Source of the DNA: Salpingoeca rosetta
Lineage: Eukaryota > Protista > Choanoflagellata
Assembly (NCBI GenBank): GCA_033442325.1
Contig: JAWQFM010000035.1
Location: forward strand, 142,978-206,977
Length of the DNA: 64,000 bases
Direction of reading: 5' to 3'
The position numbers were made by a program, and so were the translations under genes. The notes below the pieces were generated by a model, which was not told the origin of the DNA, made no database searches, and saw only the letters and a list, made by a program, of their open reading frames with translations. This document shows positions 57,815 to 64,000 of the stretch, one piece after another (position 1 is the stretch's first letter; every line of letters begins with the position of its first letter).

Positions 57815-59143
57815 ATGATGGTGGTGCACCTCTGCCAGCATGTCTCGCTTCCGCTGCTGCTGTTGGTGCTAGTGGTGCTTGCGCCTTGCTTTGCTGTGTG
57901 CGCTGGCGAAGCGGTGCTTCACGAGGACGAAGCAGGGGCGCTACACATCAACACAACGTCAACCGCAGGTGGCAACGGCAGCATCGGCAGCAGCAGCAAT
58001 GACGCGCTGCCGCCCGTGTTTGTCAACGGGTTGAACGTGGGTGAGCTGTTGCAGTTGGTGCAGGCACAGCAAGCGGTGATTGAGGCACAGCAGAGCGCCT
58101 TGGAGCGACAGGAGGGCCTCATTCGTTCGCTGCGGGGCTCTGCAGCGTTGGCGCTGTTCCGCTCGTGCCATGAGACCCGGGCGCCGGTGGCAGACACCAT
58201 CCGTGTCGCCGGTGCCACGGACGGCAGTGGGTCTTGGATTGGTGGCGTGCAGGCCAGCAACACGGGGCTCATCTACGCCATCCCCGCCTCTGCGCGCTCC
58301 GTGCTCATCCTCGACCCTGCCACCAACGCAGTTGATACTTCAACCATGGGAAACCTGACGATGGGCGGGTGGCACGGTGGCGTGCAAGCCCGCAACGGCC
58401 TCATCTATGGCATCCCTGCGCTCGCCACTGCTGTTCTCATCATCGACCCCGTGCACAACACCACTGACACCACCACGATGGACAACTTTTCGGCAGAGGG
58501 CAGCAAGTGGGCAGGCGGGGTGTTGGCTGATAACGGGCTCATCTACGGCATCCCTTATGTCGCCACGGGCGCGCTGATCATCGATCCGTCTACACACACG
58601 GTGGACACAACCACAGTCGGGCCGTTTGCTCCAGGTGTTGGCAAGTGGCGCGGCGGCGTGAAGGCTGACAACGGGCTCATCTTTGGCATCCCGAGTGGCA
58701 CCACGTCCGTGCTTATCATCGACCCAGTCACAAATACGGCAGATACCACCACCATCGCTGACGTGGGCACGGGGTCGCTGCTGTGGAATGGTGGTGCGCT
58801 GATGCCAAATGGGCTCATCTATGCCACGCCACGCATGGCAAGCTCCGTCCTCATCATCGACCCCGTCAACAAGACGGCCAACACAACAACCATCAGTAGC
58901 CTGGGCACGGAGGATAAGTGGGTGGACGGCGTGCTGACGCACAACGGACTCTTTGTGGGCATTCCGCTGCGCGCGTCTTCCTTGCTCATCGTGGATCCAA
59001 GCACAAACACGGCCGACACAACCACCGTCTCCGGCTTTGGCACGGGCTTGAAGTGGCACTCGGGCGTGCTTGCAAGCAACGGCCTCGTCTACGGCATCCC
59101 GTATGGCACAGACCGCATCCTCATTGTCGATCCCGGTTGCTGA
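57815..59143 (+). CDS. Intronless secreted 7-repeat beta-propeller-type protein; inverted paralog of 55992-57314
   Basis: Seven copies of [16 protein letters not shown]...VLIIDP. Shared N-terminal EDxxGxLHI...VxVNGxxV motif and Q-rich coiled coil. Confidence 0.9.
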   Translation: MMVVHLCQHVSLPLLLLVLVVLAPCFAVCAGEAVLHEDEAGALHINTTSTAGGNGSIGSSSNDALPPVFVNGLNVGELLQLVQAQQAVIEAQQSALERQEGLIRSLRGSAALALFRSCHETRAPVADTIRVAGATDGSGSWIGGVQASNTGLIYAIPASARSVLILDPATNAVDTSTMGNLTMGGWHGGVQARNGLIYGIPALATAVLIIDPVHNTTDTTTMDNFSAEGSKWAGGVLADNGLIYGIPYVATGALIIDPSTHTVDTTTVGPFAPGVGKWRGGVKADNGLIFGIPSGTTSVLIIDPVTNTADTTTIADVGTGSLLWNGGALMPNGLIYATPRMASSVLIIDPVNKTANTTTISSLGTEDKWVDGVLTHNGLFVGIPLRASSLLIVDPSTNTADTTTVSGFGTGLKWHSGVLASNGLVYGIPYGTDRILIVDPGC

Positions 59144-59144
59144 T

Positions 59145-59227
<83 letters not shown>

Positions 59228-59526
59228 TTGTGTGTGTGTGTGTGTGTGCGAGTTTGTGTGTGTGCGAGTTTGTGTGTGTGTGCGAGTTTGTGCGTGTGTG
59301 TGTGTGTATGTGTGTTTGCCGTGTGCTGTTTCGTGTGCGCGGGTGTGTCGTCTTCTTTGCTTGAACGCCTGCCAGTTACTTCGTCAATAAGATCAACTGT
59401 ACTCTGCAAGCTAGCTATGTTTTCACCAACGTCAAGGCTCCCAAACAAGCGACACACACACACACGCACACATACACACACACACACACACATATAACCG
59501 TCGTGTCGAAGGAGCCACTCCCCGCT

Positions 59527-59669
59527 TTAGTTGTTGGGGCAGTTGCGTCGCGTGTGACCTGTTGTTGTCATTCAACATGAGTCAGCGCGTGAGCGCCAAA
59601 AGAGTGAGTGTGTGTATGCGTGTGTGTTTGGTTGGCAGCTTGTCCTTGCAGACACAAGTACACACACAT

Positions 59670-59753
<84 letters not shown>

Positions 59754-60209
59754 NNNNNNNNNNNNNNNNNNNNNNNNNNNNNNNNNNNNNNNNNNNNNNN
59801 NNNNNNNNNNNNNNNNNNNNNNNNNNNNNNNNNNNNNNNNNNNNNNNNNNNNNTCCCACCCACCAACCATATGCCTAGTCCCTATCGATCAAATGTTGAT
59901 CAACAAAAATCCCCGGTAATCCTTCCCTCCCCCCCGTGATAATACGACATGCCCTAAAGGGCCCCTCGCCCCTTTCAACTGCACAAGATTCTCCCGGCCA
60001 AAACGGATCAGCGTCACCTCCCCAGTCTCTCCACACTACCCCCGACCCCAAACAGCTTCATAAACACAAAAACCCCGCCCATAATACCTCCGGTGTTCTG
60101 AAAAAATCCGATGCAGTGATGGAGGGCCGGCCACAGAGTAATTTGAAGAGCATATTACCGTTTCAAGTTGCTCTCTATTAGAAACATAGAGTGACATTCG
60201 CCCACAGAT

Positions 60210-60257
<48 letters not shown>

Positions 60258-61241
60258 ACAATACCACGAACACACACACATACACACAATACCACGAACA
60301 CACACAGCGCGTACCTGCGCCACTGAACATGCTGCGAGTGCCGGGAGCGGCGTCGTCACCGTCGTCATTGTCGTCATCGGCCCACATGAAGAACGAGCAG
60401 TTGTCCTGCGCGCCGTACGGCCGGCAGCAGCAGTAGAACTGGCGACCTGCGCACCGTGACGGCGATGATGGTGATGGTGGTGGTGATGGTGGTGGTGAGG
60501 ATGATGATCGAATTGTAGCGGTGATAATGGTGGTGGTGGTGGTGGTGATGCCGATTCGTGAAAGGGTGGGAAGAGCGCAGACGTGTGTGTTAGTCCGGTT
60601 GGTATGATGTGACATGGACCAAGTACTCCAATTCGAACACACACACATGTAACAACACAACACACAACACACACACATGACAACACAACACAACACCACA
60701 CACCACAACACAACGCCACGCAACACACATACACATAAAAAAACAACACAACATAATACAACACACAACACACGCACACCCACCCACCCTTGTTTGGCCC
60801 CTCCTTTGTGACGGTCTTGAGCGGGGCCGGTTGTCCACAGCCACACATGACGGTGTCGCCAGCGCGACTGGCACTCATGTTTCCTCCTCCTTCTCCCGTT
60901 GTGTTGTTGGAAGCATCGCCGTGCATACGGAAACCACCACCTGCTCATGTGTGTGTGTGTATGTGTGTGTGTATTTGTATGTGTATGTGTGTGTGTGTGT
61001 GTGTGAGTGTGGCTTGTGAGTGAGCGGTTGAGTTGTTGAGTGGTTGAGCGGTTGCACTACGAAACGGAAGGGGCGAGAACTGGAGAGATCGCAGTGGTGG
61101 CAAGAGGGGCGTGCAGCTTGGGTAAAGAGTGACAGATGTAAAACCCATGAGCACACACGAGTGTTGGCAATAAACAGACAGATACAGACACACTGTCAGA
61201 CACACAGACACACAGACACACACACACACACACAGACACAG

Positions 61242-61276
<35 letters not shown>

Positions 61277-63301
61277 CACCGCCACGTTGCTGCTGCTCGT
61301 CCTCCCATTGGAAGAAGTCGCATTGCTGGTCGTCGCGCCGCACGCAGCGGAACATGATGCGACCGGAGTTGCTGCCGTTCTTGCACTCCAACCGAACAGA
61401 GGGGCGGTTGCACGAGCACGGCGGGCCACGCTCGTCTGCCCACTGGAAGAAGTTGCACGCGTTGCTGCCGTCATCATTTCGGTTGTTGCACTTGAAAAAC
61501 GCGCGCCCTGATACGTGGGTGAGTGTGAGTGAGTGAGTGAGTGAGTGAGTGAGTGAGTGAGTGAGTGAGTGAGTGCGAACATGTGTGTGCGTATGTGTGT
61601 GTGTGCGAACATGTATGTGCGTATGTGCATGTGCGGGCGGGTATGTGCGGGTGTGTATTGAAATGAGAAGGTGGCATGGTCAACGCAGGGAAATGCACAA
61701 ATCACAAATGTCACAAATAACAGCGAAAAGGGCAAGAGAGCAAGACACGCCACAATACCAGTGAACAGCAACAGAAAACCACCCAAGAAACATCACAAAC
61801 AAACAGCCAACAAACCAAGTCACATACCGCTGTTCTGTTCACTGCGCGCCGTAAGCTTGATTGCCTCAGCGCCGCAATCACAAACAGGGCGCGCCTCGTC
61901 ATCACCATCATCATCTCCATGTCCACCACCACCACCTCTTCCTCGTCCTCCTCCGTACATGCCACCACCACCACCACCACCGCCACCACCACCACCACCA
62001 CCATCATCGCGTCCCTGTCGCCTTCGATCGCGCGTGAGCGTCATGCCAGCGCCGTCCGGGTGGCCGTGGCCGTGAAGCATTCGCGACCGTCCGCTGTTGA
62101 GGTATCGTTCATCACGCCGACGGGTCGTTGCGTCAAACCCATTCCCAAAGCTGTTATCGTGCCCACCATCACGACCGCCACTAACACCATCGCCAAATCC
62201 ATTCCAGCCATCATCCTCGTGGCCGTTGTGTCTGTCATCTTCATCAAGCAACATTGCAAGTTCAGCCGCGTCATCATCATCGTCACCACCACCACCGCCA
62301 GTGGAACTGCGGTTCCGTTGTGCGCTGTTGTGGTCGTCCGTGTGGGAGTCGTTGTCAAGCATCTGCTTGCGTTGTGGTGAAATGAACAAGGGGCAAAGAT
62401 GGGGGCAAGGGAGACGAGCGTGTCGATGTGAGAAGGCGGAGCAAGTCGCAAGAAAGGATGGGGACATCGGGCAGGAAGGAAAGACACAAGTTGCCGCTGA
62501 TCAGATCACAATTGCACACCACACACATATACATATGAACAAACACACACACACACAACACAACACAACACAACATACCACAACACAACATACCACAACA
62601 CAACACAACACACCACAACACAACACAACACAGCATACCACAACATAACACAACACAACACAACACAACACAACACAACACAACACAACACAACAACACA
62701 CAGTCCAAACACCCCTCTCCCACCTCGTCAAGTGCTGCCCAGTCCAAGGAATCCTCATCCACCACCACCACATCATCGCCATCACTGCCCCTCCTCCCTC
62801 GCTGCTGCTGCTGCTGTTTGCTTCGTTTGGAGGACGATGTGTTGGCTGCCCTTGATCCCGTCTGTGTTCTCTGGTCCCCGCTCCTCTTTGCGCCACGTGT
62901 ACCGTTTGCACGGCTTGATGTCGCTGGCGGTCGTGTTGCTACTGCTGTTGTTGTTCCCCGACCCCTTCCAGACGTTGTTGCTCCTGTTGTTCCTGATGCT
63001 GCTGTTGTGGTTCGACCTCCACCTCCACCACCACCTCCACCTCCACCACCACCATCGAGGTAGAGGGAGAGCTCACTGTCGCACAGACACGCGACGATAT
63101 TGGACCGGCCCTGGTTTGTGATCAACGGAGAAGCAGATGTGGAGGTGCACATATTTGGGGAAGAGGCGGTGGTGAGTGGTGATGGAGAAGGTTAAGGTGA
63201 TGGTGATAGTCGGGTGTGGATTGTGGGTTGTGGGTTGTGAGTTATGAAGCAACAGGAGCCATCAACAGCGGGATAAAGGCGTGCATTGTCCTGCAGCCAC
63301 A

Positions 63302-63359
<58 letters not shown>

Positions 63360-63595
63360 TAGGATAAACCGAACGCACGCGCTGAATGTATGGGGGAAGA
63401 GTGTTTGGCTTGAACTTCATCTTGAGTTTGCTGTTGATGGGAAGAACGGGGGGGGGACGAGGTGGGATAGGATGAGGGTGAGGATGAGGGTGAGGATGAG
63501 GGTGAGGATGATGGTGAGTGCAGGTATGGAGAGTCTAAAATGCAGGATAGGATGTCTTTGTTTGCCCTGAGCACAAGTGCGGATGTACAGCAGCA

Positions 63596-63661
<66 letters not shown>

Positions 63662-63915
63662 GTACACACGAACGCATGCACACACACGCACACACACACA
63701 CGCGCACCCGTAGACACACACACACACAATCGCAGGTCCAGAACACACTTCCTGCCTTCCTTTTATTCACGTGGTACTCACGTTGCACCGCATCGTGCAC
63801 ATGTGTCCGCGTCCACCGCACACTCGGCCAGGTTCTGCAGCCACACGCTCGCCCGACACGCTGGGTACCGCGTGCAGCCAATCATGTATTTCCCCTGCGC
63901 CGTCCGTCGAAGCAC
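59527..63915 (-). CDS. TOP3A: DNA topoisomerase III alpha, C-terminal part (gene starts beyond the window end)
   Basis: C4 zinc ribbon YMIGCTRYPACRASVWL...TCARC; KLKMKFKPNTLPP; three GRF zinc fingers (CxC...NxGRxFxxC...CxFFxW); terminal knuckle end GHTRRNCPNN* at 59527-59558. Confidence 0.88.
59754..59853. other. Assembly gap
   Basis: Run of N. Confidence 1.
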
Positions 63916-64000
63916 CTGTGAACATGGGTGAGTGTGAGTGTGAATGTGGTGTGTGGATGTGTGAACGTGTATATGTGTGTATGTGTGTATGTGTGAGTAT

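Noticed and set aside
59854-60185. Atypical sequence after the gap
   Set aside because: Probable low-quality read end inside a TOP3A intron.
63470-63520. TGAGGG-containing repeat resembling telomeric sequence
   Set aside because: 12-bp unit gatgagggtgag in about 4 copies inside an intron; not TTAGGG.

Overview
Gene-dense, intron-rich eukaryotic DNA with abundant (GT/AC)n, (GAT)n and (GGT)n microsatellites and six N-gaps. The style resembles the choanoflagellate Salpingoeca rosetta (inference). Hand-splicing at GT-AG junctions gives 18 protein genes, many in head-to-head pairs. Conserved genes: a Btz/CASC3-domain protein, purine nucleoside phosphorylase, ERCC6/CSB, the 3' part of TOP3A, an actin-like protein and a PKC-type kinase lacking its 5' part. 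Lineage-specific or bacterial-looking genes: a HET/TIR-like + 8xTPR + PH protein head-to-head with an intronless F-box-like/LRR gene (second paralog at 39.4-42.6 kb), a secreted Nudix protein with a degenerate box, an SH3b-like microprotein, a Sulfotransfer_5-like gene, a secreted protein with two bacterial-type Ig-like repeats, a 7TM-like protein, a pseudo-GTPase-PH protein, and an inverted pair of intronless secreted 7-repeat beta-propeller genes. A complete ~3.3 kb Sola2-like DNA transposon (imperfect TIRs, AAAC target duplication, intron-containing DDD transposase) lies at 8139-11428. Best candidates for new biology: (1) the paired TIR/HET-TPR and F-box-LRR locus as a possible innate-immune module, (2) a 5'-(GU)n / 3'-(AC)n polarity of complementary repeats inside introns, (3) the propeller pair. 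Domain calls come from motif recognition by eye; no searches were run.
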